Shown here one piece after another: positions 8,929-17,574 of a stretch of DNA of 64,000 nt. The notes beneath the pieces are model-generated. The model saw only the letters and a program-made list of their open reading frames with translations. It did no database searches and had not been told where the DNA came from. Positions within the stretch are counted from its first letter, which is position 1, and each line of letters starts with the position of its first letter. The stretch covers positions 2,231 through 66,230 of the forward strand of contig DASWFO010000245.1 of assembly GCA_036394195.1 (NCBI GenBank), written 5' to 3'. This DNA comes from Alphaproteobacteria bacterium (GTDB lineage Bacteria; Pseudomonadota; Alphaproteobacteria; CACIAM-22H2). The position numbers and the translations under genes were made by a program.

Positions 8929-10299
8929 TTAATACGCGTATTCCCGGAACAGGGGGTCGACGCTGCCGTTCCAGGGGCCGCGGAACTCGTCGAGCTTGAT
9001 CTCGGCCAGGGTGCGGCCGGTCTCGGCGATCTCCAACAGTTCGTTCAAGAACGGGCTCTCGTCGCGCTCCCCCATGCGGTCGCGGCGGTTGCGGCGCTTG
9101 AGGCCGGCCCTGGCGATCTCGACCACCTTGAGGGCGATGCCCTGCAGCGGCTCGCCACGGAACGGGGTGGCGAGCGCCAGGCGCGGCACCTCGCGCCTAA
9201 GCTCCAGGATCTCCTCGAAGGTCCAGTCCTCGATCAATTTGGCGGCGGCGTCGAGCGCCACCGAATCGTAAAGGAGCCCGACCCACAATGCCGGCAGCGC
9301 GCATAGCCGCCCCCACGGGCCGGCGTCGGCGCCGCGCATCTCGAGGAAGCGCTTCAGCCGGACCTCGGGGAAGGCGGTGGTCAGGTGATCGATGAAGTCG
9401 GTGATCCGCGGCTCGTCGCCCACGATGTCGCGGAACTTGCCGGCCATGAAGTCACGGAACGAGCGGCCGGACAGATCGATATAGCGGCCGTTGCGGTAGA
9501 CGAAATACATCGGCACGTCGAGGATCCAATCGACGTAACGCTCATACCCCATGCCCGGCTCGAACACGAACGGCAGGATGCCGCAGCGGTCGGGATCGGT
9601 GTCCAGCCACACGGCGCTGCGGGTACTGAGCAGGCCCGAGGGCTGGCCCTCGACGAACGCCGAGTTCGCGAACAGCGCCGTCGCGACCGGCTGCAAGGCC
9701 ATGCTGACGCGGAATTTCTGCACCATGTCGGCCTCGCTCTCGTAGTCGAGATTCACCTGCACGGTGCAGGTGCGGAGCATCATGTCAAGGCCGAGCTTCC
9801 CCTTCTTCTCCATATACCGGCGCATGATCTCATAGCGGCCCTTCGGCATGATCGGGATCGCCGAGCGCGGCCATTTCGGATTAAAGCCATCCCCGAGAAA
9901 CCCCACTCCGAGCTCGGAAGCCACCGATTTGATCTCGCGCAGATGCTGCTCGGTCTCGTCGCAGGTCTGGTAGAGCGTGATGAGCGGCGCGCCGGACAGC
10001 TCGAACTGCCCGCCGGGCTCGAGCGTGATGTTGCAGTCGTCGCGCTTCAGCGCAATCGGCTTGCCGTCCTCGTTGACCAGCGTCCACCCGAAGCGGGTCA
10101 GGCCCTCGAGCAGGCCGCGGATGCTGGCCCGCTCGCCGTCGTAAGGCAGCGGCCGCAGATCCTCAAGCCGGAAGGCGAATTTCTCGTGCTCGGTGCCGAT
10201 ACGCCACTTGGCCGGCGGCTTCTCGCCTCCCGCCAGGTACTCGATGAGCTGTCGACGGCCCGTGATCGGCGCGCCGCTGGCGGCGGGAGGTGCAGACAT
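8929..10299 (-). CDS. gshA: glutamate--cysteine ligase (plant/alphaproteobacterial GCS2 type)
   Basis: 456 aa; RIGTEHEKFAF...; length and sequence typical of the GshA type shared by plants and alphaproteobacteria. Confidence 0.88.
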   Translation of the reverse strand: MSAPPAASGAPITGRRQLIEYLAGGEKPPAKWRIGTEHEKFAFRLEDLRPLPYDGERASIRGLLEGLTRFGWTLVNEDGKPIALKRDDCNITLEPGGQFELSGAPLITLYQTCDETEQHLREIKSVASELGVGFLGDGFNPKWPRSAIPIMPKGRYEIMRRYMEKKGKLGLDMMLRTCTVQVNLDYESEADMVQKFRVSMALQPVATALFANSAFVEGQPSGLLSTRSAVWLDTDPDRCGILPFVFEPGMGYERYVDWILDVPMYFVYRNGRYIDLSGRSFRDFMAGKFRDIVGDEPRITDFIDHLTTAFPEVRLKRFLEMRGADAGPWGRLCALPALWVGLLYDSVALDAAAKLIEDWTFEEILELRREVPRLALATPFRGEPLQGIALKVVEIARAGLKRRNRRDRMGERDESPFLNELLEIAETGRTLAEIKLDEFRGPWNGSVDPLFREYAY

Positions 10300-10334
10300 T
10301 CAGTCGTTTCCGTCCGGTGAGCGAGTTTCTTCGT

Positions 10335-11105
10335 TCAGGATTTCGCGGCGAATCGCGGCGGCGGAGAGCCCAGCCGGTCATGGGCCAAGGCTTGAAAGAC
10401 CGCGAGCGCCGCAAGGGCTGCGGTGTCGGCACGCAGCACACGCGGGCCAAGTCCGACGGCCGTAGAAAACGGTAGTTTGTGCAGGGCGTCAAGCTCGGCC
10501 CGCGCGAAGCCGCCTTCGGGTCCGGTGAGGATCGCATGCGGCTGCTGCAGGTCGGCCTTCGCCAGAGCCTCGGCGATCGGCGCTCCGGCGCCAGACTCAT
10601 CGCAGAAGATAAGCTGCCGGCCGGCGGGCCATTGGCGCAGCGCGTCCTCGATAGCGAGCGGCTCGCGGATATCCGGGATCGACAGCCGCTCCGACTGCTC
10701 GGCCGCCTCGATGGCGGTGGCGGCAAGCCGCTCGCTATTCACCCGGGTCACGATCGTGTGCCGGGTGAACACCGGCCACAACGCGGAAACGCCGAGCTCG
10801 GTCGCCTTTTCGGCGATGAAGTCCAGCCGGGCGCGCTTGATCGGCGCAAAGACCAGCCAGAGATCGGGCTCCGCCGCCGGGGCGCGGCGCTTTTCCTCGA
10901 TGGCGAGCGTGCACCACCCTTTGCCGAAGCCGTCGATCCGCGCCGCATACTCGCCGTCCTGCCCGTTGAACACCGCGATGCGCGCCCCGCGATCGAGCCG
11001 CAGCACGTGCCGCAGATAGTGCGCCCGCGGCGCCTCGAGGCCGAGCGTGGGGACGCTCAGCGAGGAGGGAACGTAGAGACGCGTCTCGATGCGATCGATG
11101 GCCAT
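10335..11105 (-). CDS. rsmE: 16S rRNA (uracil1498-N3)-methyltransferase
   Basis: Track ORF 10335..11402 trimmed to ATG at 11105 (MAIDRIETRLYVP...). RsmE pattern: PRAHYLRHVLRL..G..I.VFNG...; C-terminal LTGPEGGF...E...LGPRVLRADTAA. Confidence 0.85.
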   Translation of the reverse strand: MAIDRIETRLYVPSSLSVPTLGLEAPRAHYLRHVLRLDRGARIAVFNGQDGEYAARIDGFGKGWCTLAIEEKRRAPAAEPDLWLVFAPIKRARLDFIAEKATELGVSALWPVFTRHTIVTRVNSERLAATAIEAAEQSERLSIPDIREPLAIEDALRQWPAGRQLIFCDESGAGAPIAEALAKADLQQPHAILTGPEGGFARAELDALHKLPFSTAVGLGPRVLRADTAALAALAVFQALAHDRLGSPPPRFAAKS

Positions 11106-11152
11106 TCCGGCAGAAGCCGTTCTGCTGTGAGAGGTTCTGCTAGGATTAGGCC

Positions 11153-12079
11153 ATGACGGCAGTCCCCCCAACAAGGGCCGAGCGTAGCGACATTCCCAAG
11201 GGCGGATGGCTCGACCGCACCGTGCCGGAGCCGGCGCGCCCGTATCTCCGCCTCGCCCGCCTCGACCGGCCGATCGGCACCTGGCTGCTGCTGTTCCCGT
11301 GCTGGTGGGGTATTGCAATCGCGAGCTCCGGCTGGCCAAGCCTCTGGCTGATGATCCTGTTCGGCGCCGGCGCGGTGCTGATGCGGGGCGCCGGCTGTAC
11401 ATATAACGACATCGTCGACCGCGAGTTCGACGGCCGGGTGGCGCGCACCGCCGACCGGCCGATCCCGTCGGGTGCCGTGTCGGTGCGCCAGGCGATCGCG
11501 TTCCTGGTCTGCCAGGCCCTCGCGGCGTTCATGATCCTGCTGCAGCTCGGACAGACGGCGATCGGCCTCGGCGTGCTGTCGCTGGTCCTGGTGTTCATCT
11601 ACCCGCTGATGAAGCGGGTCACCTGGTGGCCGCAGTTCTTCCTCGGTCTGGCGTTCAACTGGGGCGCCCTGATGGGGCCAGCCGCCGTGCTCCACGCCGT
11701 TCCGGCCTGGGCCTATGTCCTCTATGTCGGGGGGATATGCTGGACGCTCGGCTACGACACGATCTACGCCCACCAGGACAAGGAGGACGACGCGTTGATC
11801 GGCGTCAAATCATCGGCCCGCCGGCTTGGCGACGCAACCCGGCCGGCGCTCTTCGCCTTCTATGGTGCCGCCGTCGCCCTGTTTGCGATCGCAGGGCACA
11901 TGGCGGGGTTGGCGACGCCGTTCTACGCGCTGCTCGGCGTCGGGGCCATCCAGCTCGCCTGGCAAGCGGCGCGGATCGACTATCAGGACCCGGTCGACTG
12001 CCTGGCGATGTTCAGGTCGAACCGCCTGTTCGGCTGGATCCTGCTGGCCGCCTGCGTCGCCGGCCGCATCGCCCCGTGA
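11153..12079 (+). CDS. ubiA: 4-hydroxybenzoate polyprenyltransferase
   Basis: 308 aa; LARLDRPIGTWLLLFPCWW and NDIVDREFDGRVARTADRPIPSG motifs of UbiA. Confidence 0.9.
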   Translation: MTAVPPTRAERSDIPKGGWLDRTVPEPARPYLRLARLDRPIGTWLLLFPCWWGIAIASSGWPSLWLMILFGAGAVLMRGAGCTYNDIVDREFDGRVARTADRPIPSGAVSVRQAIAFLVCQALAAFMILLQLGQTAIGLGVLSLVLVFIYPLMKRVTWWPQFFLGLAFNWGALMGPAAVLHAVPAWAYVLYVGGICWTLGYDTIYAHQDKEDDALIGVKSSARRLGDATRPALFAFYGAAVALFAIAGHMAGLATPFYALLGVGAIQLAWQAARIDYQDPVDCLAMFRSNRLFGWILLAACVAGRIAP

Positions 12080-12738
12080 GCGAGACCGACATCGGCGCCT
12101 TCATCACGGCGCAAACCCGTATTTCCGCCGCGGCCCTGATTCCCGAGCTCCGCCTCCATCTCGCCAGTCAGGTGACGCCGCTCTGGCACGCGACGGAAGC
12201 GACGCTGGAAAAGCACAATCTGCCGCCGCCCTATTGGGCCTTTGCCTGGCCGGGAAGCCAGGCGCTGGCGCGCCATGTCCTGGATCACCCCGATCTGGTG
12301 CGCGGCCAGCGGGTACTGGATTTCGCGGCGGGTGGTGCCGTGGCCGGCATTGCCGCCGCGATATCAGGGGCCCGCGTCACCGCGTGCGATATCGATGCGG
12401 TCGCTGTGGCCGCGATGGCAATGAACGCCGCCCTCAACGGGGCGACGATTACAGCGGTGCAGGCCGATTTCACCCTGGGGGCGCCGGACGGCGTCGCCAA
12501 AGACGTGGACCTGGTCCTGGCCGGCGATGTGTTCTACGAGCGGCCAATGGCCGAGCGGGTCGAGCCATGGCTGCGCCGCCTTGTCCGCGACGGAGTCGCC
12601 GTGCTGGTCGCCGACCCCGGCCGGGCCTATCTGCCGAAATCAGGCCTGCAGGAGCTGGCGCGGTACGTGGTGCCGACCAGCCGCGATCTCGAAGACCGTG
12701 AGACGCGCGAAACGCGGATCTTCCGCCTGACCGGCTAG
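12076..12738 (+). CDS. class I SAM-dependent methyltransferase (Methyltransf_16 / PrmA-like)
   Basis: In-frame GTG at 12076 overlaps the ubiA stop (GTGA). WPGSQALARHVL..P..V.G.RVLDFAAGGAVAGIAAA..GA.V.A.DID... resembles nicotinamide/lysine N-methyltransferase-like enzymes. The track ORF start at 11626 is inside ubiA and was rejected. Confidence 0.7.
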   Translation: MSETDIGAFITAQTRISAAALIPELRLHLASQVTPLWHATEATLEKHNLPPPYWAFAWPGSQALARHVLDHPDLVRGQRVLDFAAGGAVAGIAAAISGARVTACDIDAVAVAAMAMNAALNGATITAVQADFTLGAPDGVAKDVDLVLAGDVFYERPMAERVEPWLRRLVRDGVAVLVADPGRAYLPKSGLQELARYVVPTSRDLEDRETRETRIFRLTG

Positions 12739-12755
12739 GCCCTGACCGGCCAGGC

Positions 12756-12962
12756 TCAAGTCTCCAACCCCGCCGAGGCTTTCTCGACAATCCGATAGCG
12801 CACCATCGCATTGTCGATCCTCGCCATGTTGCGGGCCTGCCACTCCTTGCGCGCCGCCTCGTAGGTGTGAAACGGTCCGTACTCTTCGAGTGGCGCATCC
12901 TTCGCCAGAGTCTTGAAATCCGTGTCGGTGAATTCGCCGCCGACAACCCAATATTCCGCCAT
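12756..12962 (-). CDS. DUF4170-like small protein (68 aa)
   Basis: MAEYWVVGGEFTDTDFKTLAKDAPLEEYGPFHTYEAARKEWQARNMARIDNAMVRYRIV; matches my recollection of the small alphaproteobacterial DUF4170 family. Confidence 0.6.
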   Translation of the reverse strand: MAEYWVVGGEFTDTDFKTLAKDAPLEEYGPFHTYEAARKEWQARNMARIDNAMVRYRIVEKASAGLET

Positions 12963-13182
12963 TGCCGAACCCTAAGCCCCAAGACAAGAACAGCCGCGGT
13001 CGAGCCTATCGCATGGTCGGCCCGACTGCCAGCTACGCTGTTTTGCGCTCACCGCCCCACGGCCGCCGCGAAATTGCACAAAACACCGCCTATCGCACAT
13101 CCCGTCACCACTGTGAATTTTCAAAGATCAGGGTTTCCACGGGTTGTCGTGCGCTGAGGCATCGCTATACTCCGTGCGCCTC

Positions 13183-13884
13183 ATGAAGCCTCTAGCCAAA
13201 TCGCGCGTCGAGCTTTACCGACGCGTCTACGCCGCATTCAACGCGCCGGTCAGCCGGTTCGACTGCGGCAAGAAATGCGCCCCGCACAACGGCGGAACGC
13301 CGGTCTGCTGCTCGACCGAGAACGCGGTGCCGATCCTCGACAAGTGGGAGTTCGACCTGCTCCGGTCGCGCAGCGATCTGTGGCGGCCCTATAAGCCCAC
13401 CGACGCCGCGGGCAAGGCCATCGTCGCCGACATGCATCACGAATGCCGGGCCGCCGAATGCAAGGGGGCGGCGTTCTGCGAGCGCGAAAACCGCGCCATG
13501 GCGTGCCGCGCCTTCCCATTCTTTCCCTACATCACGCGGGACGGGCAAATCCCCGGGCTCGCCTATTACTGGGTGTTCGAGGACCGGTGCTGGCTGATCA
13601 GCCATCTCGAGGTGGCGACGCGCGACTTCGTGCGCGAGTGCCTCGCCGCATACGAGACGATCTTCGCCGAGGACCACCTCGAATACGAAACCAACCGGGA
13701 CATGTCCGCCGACATGCGCCGGGTGTTCGCGCGATGGAACCGCGGCATCCCGCTGATCGGCCGCGACGGCGGCTACTTCATGGTTGAGCCGCGCACGCAT
13801 GTCATCCGCCCGGCGGAGCCCAGCGAGTTCCCACAGCACGGGCCGTATCGGAACGAAAAGCCGCAGGCCGAGGCCGCGGACTGA
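13183..13884 (+). CDS. Cys-rich protein, YkgJ/CxxCxxCC-like putative zinc/iron-chelating domain
   Basis: Track ORF 13144..13884; likely ATG at 13183 (MKPLAK). FDCGKKCAPHNGGTPVCCS and ECKGAAFCERENRAMACRAFPFFPY resemble the UPF0153/YkgJ Cys pattern. Confidence 0.55.
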   Translation: MKPLAKSRVELYRRVYAAFNAPVSRFDCGKKCAPHNGGTPVCCSTENAVPILDKWEFDLLRSRSDLWRPYKPTDAAGKAIVADMHHECRAAECKGAAFCERENRAMACRAFPFFPYITRDGQIPGLAYYWVFEDRCWLISHLEVATRDFVRECLAAYETIFAEDHLEYETNRDMSADMRRVFARWNRGIPLIGRDGGYFMVEPRTHVIRPAEPSEFPQHGPYRNEKPQAEAAD

Positions 13885-14080
13885 CCGGCTCGCGTCAGCT
13901 TGCGGAGCTGACGGCTGCTGCCAGGCTGCCGAGCGTTGCAATGAAATCGCGCCGTCTCATCTGTCCCCACTGACCGACCATGCCGGCACGCCGGCATCGT
14001 CGCACGAGCCCTACGTCTCTCTCCACCCTTACCTTATCGCGCGCCGATACGGTGCTGGGTGTGAAGCGCTTCACATCAGC

Positions 14081-14154
14081 CCGGCGGACCCCAAGCGAAT
14101 TCGCGCAGCACGGGCCATTCGGGACGAAAAGCCACAGGCCGAGGCGTCGGATGA
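14081..14154 (+). repeat. degenerate duplicate of the 3-prime end of the 13183..13884 gene
   Basis: 14081-14154 aligns with 13811-13884 (..agcga(g/a)ttc.c.cagcacgggcc...acgaaaagcc.caggccgagg..) at roughly four-fifths identity by eye with two 1-nt indels. Weaker similarity extends ~20 nt further upstream. Confidence 0.7.
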
Positions 14155-14237
14155 GCGACTCCGATTGCGGGACGTTCAGCCTAGGTAGACTATGGGCAGC
14201 CGGAGGGCGATCTCTTAAGCCCTCCGTGGAGGCCCTC

Positions 14238-14459
14238 ATGGCAAAAGACAAAACGGACGCCGTGTACCGGATCGTCGATGTTGTCGGTGTCAGCGGGACG
14301 TCGTGGGAGGACGCAGGCCGGAACGCCGTCGAAACGGCAGCCAGTTCGCTGCGCGACCTGCGCATCGCGGAAGTGACGAAAATGGACATGAAGGTGGAGG
14401 AGGGAAAGGTCGTCGCCTTTCGCACGCGCGTCGCGCTCTCCTTCAAATACGAAGCCTGA
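14238..14459 (+). CDS. dodecin family flavin-binding protein (73 aa)
   Basis: Internal ATG at 14238 with GTGGAGG upstream. MAKDKTDAVYRIVDVVGVSGTSWEDAGRNAVETAASSLRDLRIAEVTKMDMKVEEGKVVAFRTRVALSFKYE fits the dodecin pattern (VYK..E.VG.S..S.EDA...A...A..TLR.L...EV). Confidence 0.8.
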   Translation: MAKDKTDAVYRIVDVVGVSGTSWEDAGRNAVETAASSLRDLRIAEVTKMDMKVEEGKVVAFRTRVALSFKYEA

Positions 14460-14474
14460 CGCCAGCACCCCGTT

Positions 14475-15212
14475 CTAACCGTCGGCGAACAGGAACGTCC
14501 CCAACACCACCCAGCGCCGGGCGGTGGCCGCCGCGCGCGGCTTCGCCACCAGCGGCGTGGTGTAGTGCCAGAATGGCAGGCGATAGACGGTGACCAGGCC
14601 GGGCGTGGTCACATCGACGTCTTCGCTGAAATGTCCGTCGCGCGCATAGACCAGCTGCTGGCGCGCCACGCCCGGGCCGGCGAAGGTCAGGTGCACATCG
14701 ACATAGCCGGCGGCGGCGCGCGGGTCCTCCGGATGATGGTCGGTGTGCGGGCCGGCGTAATCGCCGGGTCGATAGCACAGCACCTGGCGGCCGAATTCGG
14801 CGGCGAGCGGCCGTCCGGCCACGATCTCGACGAACCGCCGGAAGCTCGGGCTGCCGGTCATGGCGATCAGGCCGACGCGTTCGGCGGCGGCCCAGGCGTT
14901 GCCGCCGCGGCGCTCCAGAAAGGCGGTCCCCACCCGGGCGGTCTTGCGCAAGCGCTCCTGATAGTTGCGCGTCTGGCCGGTAATCGAGTCCGGCGGGATG
15001 GGCTGCGAGAGCACGGCCATATGCGGCGACAAAGCGCGATCCAGCAGCGCCCACGCCGCCCGCGCCTTCTCCGCGTCGATCGCGCCGCTCAGCGCCAGGA
15101 ACGGCCGATCCGGACTGGCGAGCGCGCCCTGCGCGGCGGCGTCGCGGCCGTCCAGGATGCGCCGGCCCTTGGCGGTGAGCAGATCGGCAAACTCGGCAGG
15201 AAAGCGTCTCAT
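14475..15212 (-). CDS. hypothetical protein, possible 2OG-Fe(II) oxygenase fold
   Basis: Track ORF 14475..15512 trimmed to ATG at 15212 (MRRFPAEFADLL). HTD (HxD) followed by a distal His (LPFWHYTTP) suggests a facial triad. Function call is weak. Confidence 0.5.
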   Translation of the reverse strand: MRRFPAEFADLLTAKGRRILDGRDAAAQGALASPDRPFLALSGAIDAEKARAAWALLDRALSPHMAVLSQPIPPDSITGQTRNYQERLRKTARVGTAFLERRGGNAWAAAERVGLIAMTGSPSFRRFVEIVAGRPLAAEFGRQVLCYRPGDYAGPHTDHHPEDPRAAAGYVDVHLTFAGPGVARQQLVYARDGHFSEDVDVTTPGLVTVYRLPFWHYTTPLVAKPRAAATARRWVVLGTFLFADG

Positions 15213-15260
15213 CGGCCGGTAACGTAGCCTCCCGCGGCGGCCCACACTATAGTTCGGCGC

Positions 15261-16769
15261 ATGCCGTATTCGTCTTTGCGCGATTTCATGAACAGGCTCG
15301 AGCGCGAGAAGCGTCTCGTGCGCGTGCATGAGCCGGTGTCGACGGTCCTCGAAATGACCGAGGTCCAGACCCGGCTGCTGGCCGAGGGCGGACCGGCGGT
15401 CCTGTTCGAGAATGCGGTGCAGGCCGACGGACGGCGGTCCACCATGCCGGTGCTGGTCAATCTCTTCGGCACCGTCGAGCGCGTCGCCTGGGGGATGGAC
15501 CGCCTGCCGCACCAGCTGCGCGAGGTCGGCGAAACGCTGGCGTTCCTGCGCCAGCCCGAGCCGCCCGGCGGCTGGCGCGAAGCGTTGGAGCTGCTGCCGC
15601 TCGCCCGCACCGTCCTGGCGATGAAGCCGAAGACCGTCTCCTCGGCACCGTGCCAGGAGATCGTGTGGCGTGATGGCGAGATCGATCTCAACCGGCTGCC
15701 GATCCAGACGTGCTGGCCCGGCGAGCCGGCGCCGCTGATCACTTGGCCGCTGGTGGTGACGCGGGGGCCATCCACCCGGCGCGAAGACGATTACAACCTA
15801 GGCATCTACCGGATGCAGGTGACCGGCGCGCGCACGACCTTGATGCGGTGGCTGAAGCATCGCGGCGGGGCGCAACATTTTGCCCGATGGCAGCAGGAGA
15901 AGCAGGAGAAGCTGCCGGCGGCGGTGGTGATCGGCGCCGACCCCGGCACAATCCTGGCGGCGGTGACGCCGGTGCCGGACACGCTGTCGGAATACCAGTT
16001 CGCCGGGCTGCTGCGCGGCCGGAAGGTGGAGCTGGTCGACTGCAAGACGGTGCCGCTGAAGGTGCCAGCGGAGGCCGAGATCGTCATCGAAGGCCATGTC
16101 AGCCTCGACGAGTATGGGGACGAAGGGCCGTATGGCGACCACACCGGTTATTACAACGCGGTCGAAAAATTCCCGGTGTTCCAGGTGAGCGCCGTGACGA
16201 TGCGACGCGATCCAATCTACCTGTCGACCTTCACCGGCCGGCCGCCCGACGAACCCTCGGTGCTCGGCGAGGCGCTCAACGAGGTGTTCATTCCGCTGCT
16301 GCAGCAGCAATTTCCCGAGATCGTCGATTTCTGGCTGCCGCCGGAGGGCTGCTCGTATCGGATCGCCGTGGTCGCGATCAAGAAGGCCTATCCGGGCCAC
16401 GCCAAGCGCCTGATGATGGCGGTGTGGTCGTATCTCCGGCAGTTCATGTACACGAAGTGGGTGATCGTCGTGGACGACGACATCGACGCGCGAAACTGGA
16501 AGGACGTGATGTGGGCGGTGGCGACGCGCATGGACCCGGCGCGCGACCTCACCGTCGTCGAGAACACGCCGATCGATTACCTGGATTTCGCGTCGCCCGA
16601 GTCCGGGCTCGGCGGCAAGGTCGGACTGGATGCGACCAACAAGTGGCCGCCGGAGACCAAGCGGGCGTGGGGCACCGAGATCCGGATGAGCGACGAGGTG
16701 ATCCGCACCGTCACCGAGAAATGGCCGAAGCTCGGCCTGCCCGGTTCGGGCCGATCAATCTGGAAGTAG
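15261..16769 (+). CDS. ubiD: UbiD family decarboxylase (4-hydroxy-3-polyprenylbenzoate decarboxylase-like)
   Basis: 502 aa; [27 protein letters not shown]..., [15 protein letters not shown] and other UbiD landmarks. Confidence 0.88.
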   Translation: MPYSSLRDFMNRLEREKRLVRVHEPVSTVLEMTEVQTRLLAEGGPAVLFENAVQADGRRSTMPVLVNLFGTVERVAWGMDRLPHQLREVGETLAFLRQPEPPGGWREALELLPLARTVLAMKPKTVSSAPCQEIVWRDGEIDLNRLPIQTCWPGEPAPLITWPLVVTRGPSTRREDDYNLGIYRMQVTGARTTLMRWLKHRGGAQHFARWQQEKQEKLPAAVVIGADPGTILAAVTPVPDTLSEYQFAGLLRGRKVELVDCKTVPLKVPAEAEIVIEGHVSLDEYGDEGPYGDHTGYYNAVEKFPVFQVSAVTMRRDPIYLSTFTGRPPDEPSVLGEALNEVFIPLLQQQFPEIVDFWLPPEGCSYRIAVVAIKKAYPGHAKRLMMAVWSYLRQFMYTKWVIVVDDDIDARNWKDVMWAVATRMDPARDLTVVENTPIDYLDFASPESGLGGKVGLDATNKWPPETKRAWGTEIRMSDEVIRTVTEKWPKLGLPGSGRSIWK

Positions 16770-16799
16770 GGCCGATCTGGAAGTAGGGCCGATCGCGGG

Positions 16800-16900
16800 A
16801 TTTCGAAGCGATTCTTACTCCCGCGTCATTCCCGCGAACGCGGGAATCCATGGTTCAATCGGCACGATGGATGCCCGCTTTCGCGGGCATGACGACATAG
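16800..16900. repeat. REP-like element (two hairpin modules)
   Basis: 16827-16849 (cattcccgcgaacgcgggaatcc) and 16871-16890 (atgcccgctttcgcgggcat). The second hairpin is identical to 4576-4595. Confidence 0.8.
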
Positions 16901-16913
16901 GGTGGTCAGTCGG

Positions 16914-17366
16914 TCAGCGCGGCAGGTGCTGCTCGATCCACTGGCGCAGGACCTGCGCCGGCATCGCACCGGCCTGGCGGGCGATCTCGCGACCGCGATG
17001 GAACACCGCCACGGTCGGAATCGAGCGGATCTGGTACCGCGCGCCGAGCTCCTGCTGGGCGTCGACATCCACCTTGCCGAAGCGCACGCGCGGCTCCATC
17101 TCCGCCGCGAGCTGCTCGAAGACTGGCGCCATCATCTTGCACGGGCCGCACCACGCCGCCCAAAAATCCACCACCAGCGGCAGATCGGCCTTGGCGTGGT
17201 GGTCGAAACTCTTGGCGTCGAGCGCCGCCGGGTGGCCGGTGAACAAGGCCTGATGGCAGTTGCCGCATTTTCCGCCCGCCCCCAGCCGGTCGGCGGGGAT
17301 GCGATTGAGCGTCCCGCAATGCGGGCAGGCAACGAGCAAAGTCGGCTTGGTTGCGGTGTCGGCCAT
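16914..17366 (-). CDS. trxC: thioredoxin 2 (zinc-finger N-terminal extension)
   Basis: Trimmed to ATG at 17366. CPHCGTLNRIP...CGNCH zinc finger followed by the FWAAWCGPCK active site. Confidence 0.88.
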   Translation of the reverse strand: MADTATKPTLLVACPHCGTLNRIPADRLGAGGKCGNCHQALFTGHPAALDAKSFDHHAKADLPLVVDFWAAWCGPCKMMAPVFEQLAAEMEPRVRFGKVDVDAQQELGARYQIRSIPTVAVFHRGREIARQAGAMPAQVLRQWIEQHLPR

Positions 17367-17574
17367 GTGGTGTCCTATGGTTAACGTGGCGCGGCGGGCC
17401 GCCGATTCAAGGCGCCCTGACGCCGGCAAACCTGCGCCGTCGGCCGGCTGGCGATTCAGGGGGTGATGGCCTAAACTTACCCTGACCGTCCATTCAATCG
17501 GACGTCGGGGCAAACCGGGAAACGCACGCAAGTTCAGTCGCGCGCCTGCCGCGCAGCGCCGCAGGGCGAACGAG

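Noticed and set aside
10335-11402. Full 355-aa version of the rsmE ORF reaching into ubiA
   Set aside because: The first 99 codons are Arg/Gly/Ser-rich and overlap the divergent ubiA gene. The ATG at 11105 gives the canonical ~255-aa RsmE beginning MAIDRIE.
13980-14237. N-terminal 86-codon extension of the dodecin ORF in the track
   Set aside because: The extension is Arg/Ser/Thr-rich and runs through the degenerate repeat. The internal ATG at 14238 has a GGAGG-like RBS and gives the canonical ~70-aa dodecin length.
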